64,000 nucleotides of DNA from a virus, in the IMG/VR virus record IMGVR_UViG_3300043411_002794, positions 1 through 64,000 of that record. One strand, 5' to 3'. Positions 9,243 to 18,783 of this stretch are shown here, piece after piece. The number at the start of each line of letters is the position of its first letter. Positions within the stretch are counted from its first letter, which is position 1. Under the pieces are notes generated by a model. That model was not told where the DNA came from and searched no databases. It saw only the letters and a list, made by a program, of their open reading frames with translations. Both the position numbers and the translations under genes were made by a program.

Positions 9243-10544
9243 ATGACGCTGGTATGGAGCCTGAATAACTGCACGGTGCGAGAACTCGACAATGCATCGA
9301 CTGTGTCGGTCGAGCGGGTTTCCCGACCCGGATCGGCGGTGAACAGCGATATGGGGCACTACGAGGCCAATCAGATCATCGACAAATGCGAGACGGTTCA
9401 CTGCGTGCACGTCGGGTCGGATCTGGTCGGGCTAGTTACCAGGCTGGAGCACGGGCGCGTGATGTTGGACGCCATCGTGCGGACGGAATTGAAGTTCCTC
9501 GGCCAAGCGGAGCTGTGGTTGCGGTTTGGCTTGACCATGCGGCAGGAGTATCCGGAGGCCTGGGACGACGATCTGCTCTACCTCTGGATGCGGTGGCAAT
9601 ACCTCTGCGGGACGCCCTGTCAATTGCACGCTACAGGGCTTGTGAAGCTGTTCTACGCCCTGAACTGGTCCCAGGTGACGCAGCTCGGTGAAGCCCGTCG
9701 CAACATCCAGCTCGATGAAGAGGGCGGCGCGCAGCCCGTAGCCGAGATCACCGTGCAGGCGAGTTGGACGGCGGCCCAACGACGATTCCTCGAGGAATTG
9801 CACAACCCGTTACGAGCAGCTGCGCGACGAGAGGCAGAACCGCAGGCAGGCGGACCGCAGCCGGCCGAGGCTACGGATATGTCGCTGGAAGCGCAATGGC
9901 GGCGGGCACAAGTGCGAAGCACGATCCCGCCCGGCCCTATCGGTACAACAGGCATTCCCGGGCCGACAGGGCCGGTCGGCGACCCGGGACCAACAGGACC
10001 ACGGGGCGTCCAAGGATACACTGGAATCGCAGGTCCGGTCGGCGTACAGCATGCAACACGACGACCCGAAGCAAACGCCTACATCGCGTCCCGCCTCGAT
10101 CAGGATCGCGTACACGATCAGTTATTGACGTCAGTAGGGGTGCCGAATGAGATGCAGGCAGCTTACCGAGAAATGAGTGGCGCAGACGCACCAAGCACCG
10201 GCAGCAGCATTCTCGACGGCGTTACCGGCAACACGATCGAAGCGAACGGCGGCTCCGGAGGAAACGGCGGCTACCAGATCATGGAAACCGGTATGACCGT
10301 CGGCCTCGACACGTCGCGGTTTGATCGGATGGAGTCGGACATTCAGCGACTCACGGGCGTGCTGACGTCTTTGATTTCTCGTCTCATGCCGCACGACGGG
10401 ATGTTGCACCAAGACCCGCGGCTAAGCGACCAACGGGCTGCCGACAACCGCCTGATGGCGTTGCAACAGGCTGCCGCAGCTCGCCAAGCTGCCGCAGCGC
10501 CAACACGGACGCAGTATCCGCTACCGCGGAGCCAGGATTGCTAA
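9243..10544 (+). CDS. collagen-repeat-containing protein (~433 aa)
   Basis: Likely start MTLVWS (ATG 9243); about 12 G-X-Y triplets (GPIGTTGIPGPTGPVGDPGPTGPRGVQGYTGIAGPVG); fills the gap with no good minus-strand ORF. Confidence 0.75.
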   Translation: MTLVWSLNNCTVRELDNASTVSVERVSRPGSAVNSDMGHYEANQIIDKCETVHCVHVGSDLVGLVTRLEHGRVMLDAIVRTELKFLGQAELWLRFGLTMRQEYPEAWDDDLLYLWMRWQYLCGTPCQLHATGLVKLFYALNWSQVTQLGEARRNIQLDEEGGAQPVAEITVQASWTAAQRRFLEELHNPLRAAARREAEPQAGGPQPAEATDMSLEAQWRRAQVRSTIPPGPIGTTGIPGPTGPVGDPGPTGPRGVQGYTGIAGPVGVQHATRRPEANAYIASRLDQDRVHDQLLTSVGVPNEMQAAYREMSGADAPSTGSSILDGVTGNTIEANGGSGGNGGYQIMETGMTVGLDTSRFDRMESDIQRLTGVLTSLISRLMPHDGMLHQDPRLSDQRAADNRLMALQQAAAARQAAAAPTRTQYPLPRSQDC

Positions 10545-10810
10545 AAGCGAGGTTCGGCGAGCTGTACCAGGTTACCAGGATCGGATCGTATCCCGGTTAT
10601 GTTCGCGTTCGCGATGGAGGGCCGCAGCATCCTAAGTCGCAACAGGGCCCGGTACACGGAAGGTCTTTGCTGGATTTTCGCCGCTAATCTTCCACACAAT
10701 GCAGAGTGTCCGCGCGGTGCTGATCGACAGAGTTGTACCAGCGACACCGGCGTTTCACTCGCCAGAACCTCGCAGGGCGTAAGTATGCCCTGCGAGGAAA
10801 AACTCGGCAA
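10541..10810 (-). CDS. hypothetical protein (89 aa)
   Basis: Starts immediately after the stop of 10811..11329; convergent 4-nt overlap with the plus-strand gene. Confidence 0.5.
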   Translation of the reverse strand: MPSFSSQGILTPCEVLASETPVSLVQLCRSAPRGHSALCGRLAAKIQQRPSVYRALLRLRMLRPSIANANITGIRSDPGNLVQLAEPRF

Positions 10811-11329
10811 CTAGACCAAATCGATGCCGCGTCGCTTCTCCTGCACGGCCGGCACGGCGCCGGGCACGAAGTCATTGACCCAGGTCAAGCCGAGCTCGGC
10901 GAACTTGGTGGGCAACTGCAGGGCCAGTTGTTCGTGCCCCTGCACGCAGTGCCGATGACAATGCCAGGCCATCAACGGGGAGCAGTCGTTACGAGCGTCG
11001 ACGGACAGCGAAGACCACATCTGGTGATACATGTGCCCCTGCAGGATCACGCCGCTATTGGGCGTAATGCCGCTCAGAACGTCGTAGAACTGCATCACCT
11101 CGGTCGGGCCGATCGCCATGAGCAAGGCGCCCTTGGTGTCGCTGTTGGGCCCAGCGGCCGGGGGCATGATCCAAACACCCGTACCGACGCGTTCGGTGTG
11201 CGTCGGCCAGCGGCGAAAGAGTTCGTGGTGCGGCGGGAGATCCGACAAGCGGAGCGGGGCCGGTCGCAAGCGGCTCAGACAGCCGAGCGGGTGGAGATCG
11301 CCAATTACGTCTTCAACGAAAGTAGCCAT
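10811..11329 (-). CDS. hypothetical protein (172 aa)
   Basis: ATG 2 nt after motif copy 2. Confidence 0.7.
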   Translation of the reverse strand: MATFVEDVIGDLHPLGCLSRLRPAPLRLSDLPPHHELFRRWPTHTERVGTGVWIMPPAAGPNSDTKGALLMAIGPTEVMQFYDVLSGITPNSGVILQGHMYHQMWSSLSVDARNDCSPLMAWHCHRHCVQGHEQLALQLPTKFAELGLTWVNDFVPGAVPAVQEKRRGIDLV

Positions 11330-11331
11330 TT

Positions 11332-11347
11332 GGGTTTCTAATTACCT
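11332..11347 (-). repeat. dispersed motif, copy 2 (AGGTAATTAGAAACCC)
   Basis: Exact match filling nearly the whole gap between a TAG stop and the next ATG. Confidence 0.9.
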
Positions 11348-11633
11348 AAGTAGGGTCGTCGTACTCGCTGGTGTCGAACATCGCCCGGAACTCTTGGATG
11401 AGCTCGGTGAGGTCGGACGGCAGCGGTGCGTATTTCGTAATCGCCTGCAGCGCGGATCGCAGCATGGCGGACAGATCGGCGTCGGAGCAATGCACGACGT
11501 CGTCATTGGAATAACGCTGCACCGCGGCAACCAGATGCTCGTAAGCACGGTCGCCGCAGCCGGGATAACGCGAATCGAGAATGGCGGAGATCTCCCCGCA
11601 AATCGACTGAGCGATGACAAGTTCTCGGTACAT
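11346..11633 (-). CDS. hypothetical helical protein (95 aa)
   Basis: Co-oriented ORF tightly packed with neighbours. Confidence 0.6.
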   Translation of the reverse strand: MYRELVIAQSICGEISAILDSRYPGCGDRAYEHLVAAVQRYSNDDVVHCSDADLSAMLRSALQAITKYAPLPSDLTELIQEFRAMFDTSEYDDPT

Positions 11634-11640
11634 AGATCTC

Positions 11641-12789
11641 TCAGCGGAAATCGGCTAAAGCTACGCGGCGGTCGTCCATGATCGCGACACCGGGGCGGGA
11701 AGGGGCAGGTATAGATGACTGACGGTTCCACCGCTGTATATTGGGTTGCTGCATACGGTAAGGCAGCACTTCGTCCATTCCAATGGCCGCATTAAGCTGC
11801 TGCCGGGAGTAATGTACCTCGGCGTAAAACTCCTCGAATTCATCGCCGACGGCCACCCGTTGCACCGGAAACTCAGCTACGGTCACCATCTCGTGCGGCC
11901 ACCGGCCGGGTATGCGCGACACCCGTTTCCACGAAGAATCCATCAACGGATAGTCGGTCGTCGATTCCAACGCACCCCCTGCCAGCAAATCATGCAGCGG
12001 AAACATACTACGCGGAAACTGCGACTGATTCTGTGCTTCGCGTTTGTACAGGCGCTCGAACGGACTGCCAAGAAACGGATCGCTAGTGAAAGACAAGTGC
12101 AGATGCGAAAGCCGCGACCAATGCGGCAAGTACTTGCTCAGGTAATGCTGCAGCTCCTGCCAACCTAGCTGTCGCGTGGGATGCAAGAGATGTGCCGACA
12201 GCACGTGTTCGCGAACCATCACGTCGTCGCTGAACGGGAAGTCGTTACCTGCCCGCCGGACGGTCGCCGTGTCGGTGTAGAGGTATTCTCGCCGGGCCCA
12301 GCGTTTCATGGCTGCCCAGTGCTGCGGCGAGAACTTGTCGATCGTTGCTTGCCATGGATCCGGGCAGCTGCCGTTGATCCAGCGAAGCCAACGCCAACTG
12401 CTGCGAACACGACGGCGAGTGTCCGACGTACGCGTGAACCAAACGTGTCCTTGGTCATCAACACGCGCATCACCGGCGATGGTCGTCACGTACAGCCAAA
12501 CATAGGCGTTGTACGTTGTTTCGCTCGGCATACCGACCGGACCCGCGTCGCTTCGCTTCAGTTCCGGCAATTCATACAGCGACACGTGCCTGCGGCGCAT
12601 CGAATGAAGCGACGGAACCATATAACTCGGCTGCCTAAGCACAGCCACGGACTGGGCTGCGATCGTGCGCAGGGCAGACAAACGCGTGTGCGTGTAAAGC
12701 GCAATAGCAGATCGCGAGACACGACAGCGCACGCCCAGGGACCGCAACTCGCCGACGAGTCGCGATGCGTCGGGAGAAACAACAAGCAT
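11641..12789 (-). CDS. hypothetical protein (382 aa)
   Basis: Long co-oriented ORF, aromatic- and Arg-rich. Confidence 0.7.
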   Translation of the reverse strand: MLVVSPDASRLVGELRSLGVRCRVSRSAIALYTHTRLSALRTIAAQSVAVLRQPSYMVPSLHSMRRRHVSLYELPELKRSDAGPVGMPSETTYNAYVWLYVTTIAGDARVDDQGHVWFTRTSDTRRRVRSSWRWLRWINGSCPDPWQATIDKFSPQHWAAMKRWARREYLYTDTATVRRAGNDFPFSDDVMVREHVLSAHLLHPTRQLGWQELQHYLSKYLPHWSRLSHLHLSFTSDPFLGSPFERLYKREAQNQSQFPRSMFPLHDLLAGGALESTTDYPLMDSSWKRVSRIPGRWPHEMVTVAEFPVQRVAVGDEFEEFYAEVHYSRQQLNAAIGMDEVLPYRMQQPNIQRWNRQSSIPAPSRPGVAIMDDRRVALADFR

Positions 12790-12795
12790 GGCAGC

Positions 12796-13425
12796 TCAAT
12801 GAAAGCGAATTTCCGGAGTAATCGCCGACCGCCCTGGCGGCGGTGACGGAGGCGGCGGCGGATTCGGGGGACCCGACACCAACCCTGCCGAATATAACAA
12901 CCGTCCGCTGAGATCGCGAACTACGGCGCTGCGTCCCATGACGTTGGCGTGCATTCGTGCTCGGGCAATTGTGGCGAACGGGCTGGCCTGCGTGCCGTGG
13001 CCGTCTTCACGTCCCGTGGCACGATCAACATAAACGGTCAGCGGGGCGGCCGTGTTGACCACGGTGACGCCCATCCCCTGCAGGTGATCGGCCAGATTGG
13101 CTACCACGCGATCAATTGCAGCATCCGAGTCTTCTTGCGGCGGAATCGAAGAAGTGACGCTGGTCGCTACGTCCCCGTGTACCCGCGACGGGAGATTGAC
13201 GTTGAGCCCTTCCACCACGTGCCGCAGCTGCGGGCACGGATAGATGTTCGAGGCGTGCAGGATCTTATTGGCGGCCTCGACCATGGCCCGTACCACGGCG
13301 GCCCGCGAGGCGAGCGGCAACGGAGTCAGCGTAAAGGTCACCGTGCAGTCCGTGATCTCCCGCGCTGCGGCAGTCGGTAACGGGCCGTCATCCAGCCACA
13401 TACCGCGGGCGGGTTCGTCGCTCAT
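12796..13425 (-). CDS. hypothetical protein with DUF1565-like motif
   Basis: Start MSDEPARG in ATGA overlap; VYVDRATGREDGHGTQASPFATIARA motif; Pro-rich tail. Confidence 0.6.
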   Translation of the reverse strand: MSDEPARGMWLDDGPLPTAAAREITDCTVTFTLTPLPLASRAAVVRAMVEAANKILHASNIYPCPQLRHVVEGLNVNLPSRVHGDVATSVTSSIPPQEDSDAAIDRVVANLADHLQGMGVTVVNTAAPLTVYVDRATGREDGHGTQASPFATIARARMHANVMGRSAVVRDLSGRLLYSAGLVSGPPNPPPPPSPPPGRSAITPEIRFH

Positions 13426-13682
13426 AAAGGACTCGGTGTTACGCGGAACTCGATGGCATGGCCGCCGAGTGATACCCAGCAGCAACTGTTCTCGTTACTG
13501 CCGAGCGAGATCTCGATCCACTTGTCGTTGACCGTACGAGGCTCACCGCCGCCATAAAGCCGAATCCGCTCTAGTCGCCCGCATTCCCGGGTGTACTTAG
13601 CGACACGGAACAACACCTCGTCAGCCGGACAGCCGTCGACGTGCTTACGTAGCTCCGCTAAGAACGTCTGTATTGTGGCCAT
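13422..13682 (-). CDS. hypothetical protein (86 aa)
   Basis: MATIQTFL start; coupled to the next gene. Confidence 0.55.
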   Translation of the reverse strand: MATIQTFLAELRKHVDGCPADEVLFRVAKYTRECGRLERIRLYGGGEPRTVNDKWIEISLGSNENSCCWVSLGGHAIEFRVTPSPL

Positions 13683-13715
13683 CCGTGACCCTCGTACCAA
13701 AGTCGCATCGTACGA

Positions 13716-14387
13716 CTACGCGACGGCTGGAACCAGAGCTTTCTGATATCGCTCCGGCATATGTTGCCAAATATTACCGGCCACGACGTCCGGCAGGCGA
13801 TCACCGTTGATGGTATTGCAACGAGTGCCGGCCGTGAATTGCGCGTCGGGTTGGATGTAAATATTGAACGTCTGTCGGCGAGCTAGGATCATCGACGTCG
13901 GCATTGCCTCAAATCGATCGTGCTGATTCATCTGTCGCCGCTGAAACGCCGTCTCCGCGTCAACATCCAGCACGAGGTACAAATTCGGCTGGATCGTGCA
14001 GTGCCGAATCAAATCAAGTATCAGCGTGCGGGAAACCCCCGGCAAATTTCCTTGATACGCCAACAGGGAAAGCGTCCAACGATCAGCGACAACCACCTCG
14101 TCGTTAGCCATCCGCTCTTTGACGATATCCACCGTCTCGCGACGAGCCGCTGCAAACAGCAGGGCCTGTGTGTCGGGCAGCATCGGCAAATCCTTGTCGA
14201 GCAGCAACTCCCGCAGCTTTTTGCCTACGGGAGTTGTGCCCGGGTCTTGCACCAGGAACGCCGGATGCCCGCCGGCCTGCAGCGAATCGACCAAACGCTT
14301 TGCCTGGGTCGTCTTGCCGCAGCCGTCGATACCGTCGAGCGCGACGAAGTAGCCTTTACGCGTCTCGTTTTTGGGTTGCTCGGACAT
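13716..14387 (-). CDS. tmk: thymidylate kinase (dNMP kinase family)
   Basis: P-loop GIDGCGKTT, LFAAARRE, VVVADRW and HDRFE motifs. Confidence 0.9.
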   Translation of the reverse strand: MSEQPKNETRKGYFVALDGIDGCGKTTQAKRLVDSLQAGGHPAFLVQDPGTTPVGKKLRELLLDKDLPMLPDTQALLFAAARRETVDIVKERMANDEVVVADRWTLSLLAYQGNLPGVSRTLILDLIRHCTIQPNLYLVLDVDAETAFQRRQMNQHDRFEAMPTSMILARRQTFNIYIQPDAQFTAGTRCNTINGDRLPDVVAGNIWQHMPERYQKALVPAVA

Positions 14388-14745
14388 GTCTCAAATCCTT
14401 AGGGCCTGTGATGGGATAATCGCCCATCTGAATCGTACTGCTCTTGCTGCCTCGCGAGAGGTTGGCGCCCATCGCGTCAATGCCGCCGTTTTGATTCGGG
14501 GCGGCGATCGCCGGAATGAACGCCAGGTCGGTGCCGTCGGCCAGATGCAGCGCAATCCCGGCCTCCGTGTAGACCAGCGACTGCGGCGCCATCTTGGTCA
14601 GTTGATCACGAGCATGCGTGATGAACTTGTGGAGGAATGCATTCTCCGCCTCGCTCGGCGGTTCGCCGATATCCGCTACGGAGTCGTAGAATTGTTGGAG
14701 GAGATGGCCGAGGAGATCTTGGGTTTCGTTGTCGGTAGGGGGCAT
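14356..14745 (-). CDS. hypothetical protein (129 aa)
   Basis: Co-oriented ORF in the tmk cluster. Confidence 0.6.
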   Translation of the reverse strand: MPPTDNETQDLLGHLLQQFYDSVADIGEPPSEAENAFLHKFITHARDQLTKMAPQSLVYTEAGIALHLADGTDLAFIPAIAAPNQNGGIDAMGANLSRGSKSSTIQMGDYPITGPKDLRHVRATQKRDA

Positions 14746-15539
14746 TTCGGTACTCGCTTTCTGGTGGTCGGCGGAGCGTGGTTGTTGCGGGCCGTGGCCA
14801 TGTGCGGCCGCGTTCGTAATGCTTGTTTGAGGTAAGCTTCGACGCCGCCAAGATGATTGTCAACTTCACGGATCCATTGCCGGATCGGACCCCGCCGCGG
14901 AATCGCGTGCAGACAATCCAGCAGGGCATGCATGGCGGCGGTTTGACCTGAGACGACGCGAGCAGCCTCTTCAAGCTGTTCGCGTCGTACCAGTTTGTTC
15001 TCCACCAAACTCTTGATCCAATCGGTCTGGTTGGCGGCCGTCAGCGAGACATCGGCCAGGCTGATGAGCTGGGCGGCAATACCGCCCTCCGAAACACGTG
15101 CACGTAGATCAAGATCTCGCTTGGGTAACGGCAGCCGCGGATCGTAGGACACGGCTGCCAGCAGATCCGCTACGCTGACATTTGTGACGTCGTTGATCTC
15201 CTCGTAAGTACGGCCGAAGCGGCTCATCAGTGCGAACATGCGGCAGACGTGCCGCGAGTGTTCGATCATCTCCTGCCACTTGGGCAGAATAAAATCGATA
15301 TTCCGGAATTGTCGTCGCCACAGTTTCTCGGTTGCGGCCTGGAGATCGTCGGCGTAGCTGCAATACGCCTGGCCGGTGGGTAGGCGTGCATCGCCGTAAC
15401 ACCCGTCGGCGTAGACAGTAGTGGCCGTAAAATCGAGCGGTATCCGTACCACCAAACAGTACCTATTTGTACAAGGACTTCCTGACCAGGCTGCAATCGT
15501 AACCCGCGTTTCCGCGAATTGTAAAGCAACTAGGCACAA
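14676..15539 (-). CDS. HD-domain-like (RelA/SpoT-hydrolase-like) protein, HD motif apparently lost
   Basis: YGDARLPTGQAY, TYEEINDVTNVSVADLLAAVSYDPRL and AQLISLAD follow the SpoT/Mesh1 HD pattern; true start probably near 15455. Confidence 0.4.
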   Translation of the reverse strand: MCLVALQFAETRVTIAAWSGSPCTNRYCLVVRIPLDFTATTVYADGCYGDARLPTGQAYCSYADDLQAATEKLWRRQFRNIDFILPKWQEMIEHSRHVCRMFALMSRFGRTYEEINDVTNVSVADLLAAVSYDPRLPLPKRDLDLRARVSEGGIAAQLISLADVSLTAANQTDWIKSLVENKLVRREQLEEAARVVSGQTAAMHALLDCLHAIPRRGPIRQWIREVDNHLGGVEAYLKQALRTRPHMATARNNHAPPTTRKRVPKCPLPTTKPKISSAISSNNSTTP

Positions 15540-16561
15540 AGAACGCCGTTCCAGAAGGCGTCAAAGCAGGCCCGGCGGTCGAGTAAATAGTCCGGTTCGG
15601 TAGGCCGCATGGCGGGAATCATCAACGGATCGATGAGCACGCCGAGAAGGAACTGCAAATAGGTTGCGTAGTCCGGGACCACGGTCGGGATGCCCAGTGC
15701 GTTCTCTCGCAGCTTGCAGGGCACGACCACCGAATCCGTATTGGTGATCATGTTTTCGGCTACAGGCGAAGCGAACGCCAACACCGGCGTACCGACCGCT
15801 AACGAGTACATCGCCCCATAGGCCATGTTGTCCTGCAGGCAGGGCCAAAGCGTCAGATCATGCTGCTGGAACAACAAGGGCCGGTCGTGCTCCCGGATAC
15901 TCGGTAGCAGTGTCAAACGCCCGCCGCGGCTCAGCCCGCGTAACTGGGAAAGCTCGTCGCCCTGCCAGCGACTAGGTACGTAACTCACGGTGATCGTAGT
16001 GTCCGGACAGGTCATCAAAACCTGATCCAACATTGCCCCAATTTCCGGCGAGAACTGCGGGCAGAGCAAGTCCGTGGGCAACAGTACGCGAGGCGCAAGT
16101 ACCGGCGTCGTATCGTCCTGCGTCGTGATCGGTAGCCCGGCGTCCCAGTGGCATACTATGACATTAGTAAGCTTCCACCGTTTGCGGAGCACCGTGGCGA
16201 CGACCTTACTAGGGCAAAGCACCAACGAGGCCTGCTTGAGGGCCTTACGATCACACGTACGCAGCTCGTGCCAAAGCACCAAGACAACCGTCCGCTTGCC
16301 CTGCTTGGTCGCCCAGTGGATCTGCCCCTCGGGCGGCACGTGCGTCCAGAAGATGACGTTCTGTTTGGCGGCCCACTCGGTGAACTTGCCTGGGCCTGCG
16401 GCAATGACCGCCGAATCCCAGATCCTGCAGACGCGGGCCTGGTGGCGATCGTCCGTAAGCAAGCTGGCATCCCAGCCGCGTCGCTTCGCGTGCTCGGCTA
16501 CGCGGATTGCCGCGTAGGTTGCCTCGTGGCGATGGTATCGCGTATAGACGCCCAGCCGCAT
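15530..16561 (-). CDS. GT-B fold (GT4-like) glycosyltransferase
   Basis: C-terminal HDLTLWPCLQDNMAYGAMYSLAVGTPVLAF matches the D-x-x-x-x-P-S-x-x-E...G-x-P-V signature. Confidence 0.75.
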   Translation of the reverse strand: MRLGVYTRYHRHEATYAAIRVAEHAKRRGWDASLLTDDRHQARVCRIWDSAVIAAGPGKFTEWAAKQNVIFWTHVPPEGQIHWATKQGKRTVVLVLWHELRTCDRKALKQASLVLCPSKVVATVLRKRWKLTNVIVCHWDAGLPITTQDDTTPVLAPRVLLPTDLLCPQFSPEIGAMLDQVLMTCPDTTITVSYVPSRWQGDELSQLRGLSRGGRLTLLPSIREHDRPLLFQQHDLTLWPCLQDNMAYGAMYSLAVGTPVLAFASPVAENMITNTDSVVVPCKLRENALGIPTVVPDYATYLQFLLGVLIDPLMIPAMRPTEPDYLLDRRACFDAFWNGVLCA

Positions 16562-16788
16562 TAGTAGGCCTTATCCAGCGCGTCCAATTCATTCATAAGC
16601 CGCTTGTATCCCTGTTCGTCCAAGGGACACGCCGGATCGGCAAATTGGTTCGTGATCCGGGCACGTACGGCCGCAAATTGATCCGAGCGGAACAGGTAGA
16701 TGAAGTGCTGAGAGTCGTCGGTGGCAACTTCATCCGGACAATATTGAATAACGAATAAGTCCTTCTTGACGGCAATGCGATTTGCCAT
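16561..16788 (-). CDS. hypothetical protein (75 aa)
   Basis: Between portal and GT4, translationally coupled. Confidence 0.65.
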   Translation of the reverse strand: MANRIAVKKDLFVIQYCPDEVATDDSQHFIYLFRSDQFAAVRARITNQFADPACPLDEQGYKRLMNELDALDKAY

Positions 16789-16796
16789 GCATGCTC

Positions 16797-18740
16797 CTAC
16801 GCCGCTTGTGGTGGCGCCTGACCTTGTCCTTGCCCCTGCATTTGTGCACGAGCTTGCTGCGAAGCCTGCGAGTCGATCTGACGTCGCTTCTCATCCAGCA
16901 TGCTGTTCACAAGTTGGTGAATGGTTCTATCGCCTTTGCGGAGTTTCGCCAACTCCCCGCGGCGTTGAGCATCCGGACGTTGCAACAAGTCGTCGGAGAT
17001 GGCCTGCGCCTGGGCTTCCAACTCTTCGGGCGTCGTGAAGCCCTTCGGGTTGTTCATCTTGTTCTGCAGGAACTGATCGACGGCCGTCATGGCGCCGCCT
17101 GCAGGTGCCCCGCCAGGCGGAGCTCCGCCGCCGGGTGCACCGCCGCCCTGCGCACCGAGCTGCTGAATCATCTGCGTCGTCGGCGTGGGCGCCAGCATGT
17201 CCATGAGCTCGTCGGTCTGAGCCTTCTGTTCGAGCTCCTTCTGCTTCTTCTGCTGTTCTTCGCCCTCCATCTCCGCTTCGTCCAGCATGCGTCGCGTTTC
17301 GGTCCCGTGGTCGAGACCCACGGACTCGAGCCCGGTGGTCTTGCTGATCTGGTTACCCATCATCAGCTGCAGCTTGGCCATCTGGCGATTCAAGTCGTCG
17401 GCGTGGGTCACGCGAACCATTCGCGCCTTGACGGGCTCCCAGCGCAGGATCTTGGAGACCTGTTGCACCAGCTTGTTCACAAACACGTTCATCGCGTGCA
17501 CAAGATGCGACCAATTAGCCTCAAACAGCCGCAGGGCAGCCGGAGCTGATTGAACAGAGAGCGAACCCTTATAGAACTCGACCGGCACACCGATCGACGT
17601 GAGCAGCGTATCCAGGCCTTGGTCGATGAGATCCTTCGGGGCCAGCTCGTTCGCCTCGCCGCCCAGGGCCTGATATTTCAGAGCCATCGGCAAGACGTTC
17701 CACTTAGCCGGATCTCGTCGATGCTCCGCTAGGAGCTTGTTCACGCGGCCGACGAAGCCGCCCAGGTTGATCGAGTGCACCGGATCGCTGCTCTCGGGCG
17801 AGGCGCCGGGACGAGCATCCGGCGTCAGTACCCGGAACGGCACGACGTAATCGAGGGCAATGGCCTCGTTGTATCGCCACAGGAGCTGCAGGTACCACGC
17901 GATGCGGAAGTTGGTGAGCACGCGACTCAGGCCCCAGCCGCGGTTACGCATACCGGCCAGCGTGTACTCCCGCATGTGATAGATCACGTCGCGGTCGAAC
18001 AGCAGGTTCTGATTGTTCTTGACGGCCTGAATGACTTCCCAGCTGGCCCGCTCCAAATGGTGCAAATGGCCCTGCCGGATCAGCGTGCGGTACTCTTCAG
18101 GGATTTTCCAAACGTAGGAAACCTCGTCCGTGAACGGATCCCAGATCAGATCGATCTCGTGCGGGCTCCACCGCTTGACCTTGATCGCCCCTTCCTCTTG
18201 GCTGCGGCGATCAATATGCCGCCATTCGCCGACGTAGTTGCAGCAGGGGCAGGTCGCGTTGAAGGCGAAGTTACGCCACGAGAAGTTGAACTTCGGCGTG
18301 TTGTAGATCTTCTTGAGCGGAGCCTCGAAACCGCACTGCTTGCAACTCAGGTAGCGGCGGAAGGGCGTCAGCAAACTGGTGAAGCTGTTGCCGTACGTGA
18401 TGTAGTCGAGGGCGATCGAATGCAGCACCGTCTTGATGCCGATCGTATCTTCCAGAAAGGTTTGGTATTTCTGGTGCTCGTCGTGCCCGACTCGCTTGTC
18501 CTCTTGATCGCTGATCTCGATATCGGTGATGAAGTACGAGATCACCCGCTCGACGGCCTGCCGGTAGACGCCATTGCTGTTGAGCAGGTATTCGCACCAC
18601 CGCATGGCTTCCTGGATGCTCGTCGGCATCGCGGTGGAGGCCATGTCACAGAACGGGTCGGGCCAGCGATCATCGTGCCCGAGCGCATTTCGCGCGGGGC
18701 CGAAGTTACCGAGACTCTGTCCGTTGATCGTGGTCGTCAT
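16797..18740 (-). CDS. probable portal protein of a large phage
   Basis: Size (647 aa), WSPHEI, RGWGLS and YNEAIALDYVVPFRVL segments and a coiled-coil/Gly-Gln-rich tail recall portals of large uncultured phages; recognition only. Confidence 0.55.
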   Translation of the reverse strand: MTTTINGQSLGNFGPARNALGHDDRWPDPFCDMASTAMPTSIQEAMRWCEYLLNSNGVYRQAVERVISYFITDIEISDQEDKRVGHDEHQKYQTFLEDTIGIKTVLHSIALDYITYGNSFTSLLTPFRRYLSCKQCGFEAPLKKIYNTPKFNFSWRNFAFNATCPCCNYVGEWRHIDRRSQEEGAIKVKRWSPHEIDLIWDPFTDEVSYVWKIPEEYRTLIRQGHLHHLERASWEVIQAVKNNQNLLFDRDVIYHMREYTLAGMRNRGWGLSRVLTNFRIAWYLQLLWRYNEAIALDYVVPFRVLTPDARPGASPESSDPVHSINLGGFVGRVNKLLAEHRRDPAKWNVLPMALKYQALGGEANELAPKDLIDQGLDTLLTSIGVPVEFYKGSLSVQSAPAALRLFEANWSHLVHAMNVFVNKLVQQVSKILRWEPVKARMVRVTHADDLNRQMAKLQLMMGNQISKTTGLESVGLDHGTETRRMLDEAEMEGEEQQKKQKELEQKAQTDELMDMLAPTPTTQMIQQLGAQGGGAPGGGAPPGGAPAGGAMTAVDQFLQNKMNNPKGFTTPEELEAQAQAISDDLLQRPDAQRRGELAKLRKGDRTIHQLVNSMLDEKRRQIDSQASQQARAQMQGQGQGQAPPQAA

Positions 18741-18783
18741 TGGCTACCATCCCTGGTGACCTAAGCTGGCGTCTCAACGCGAC

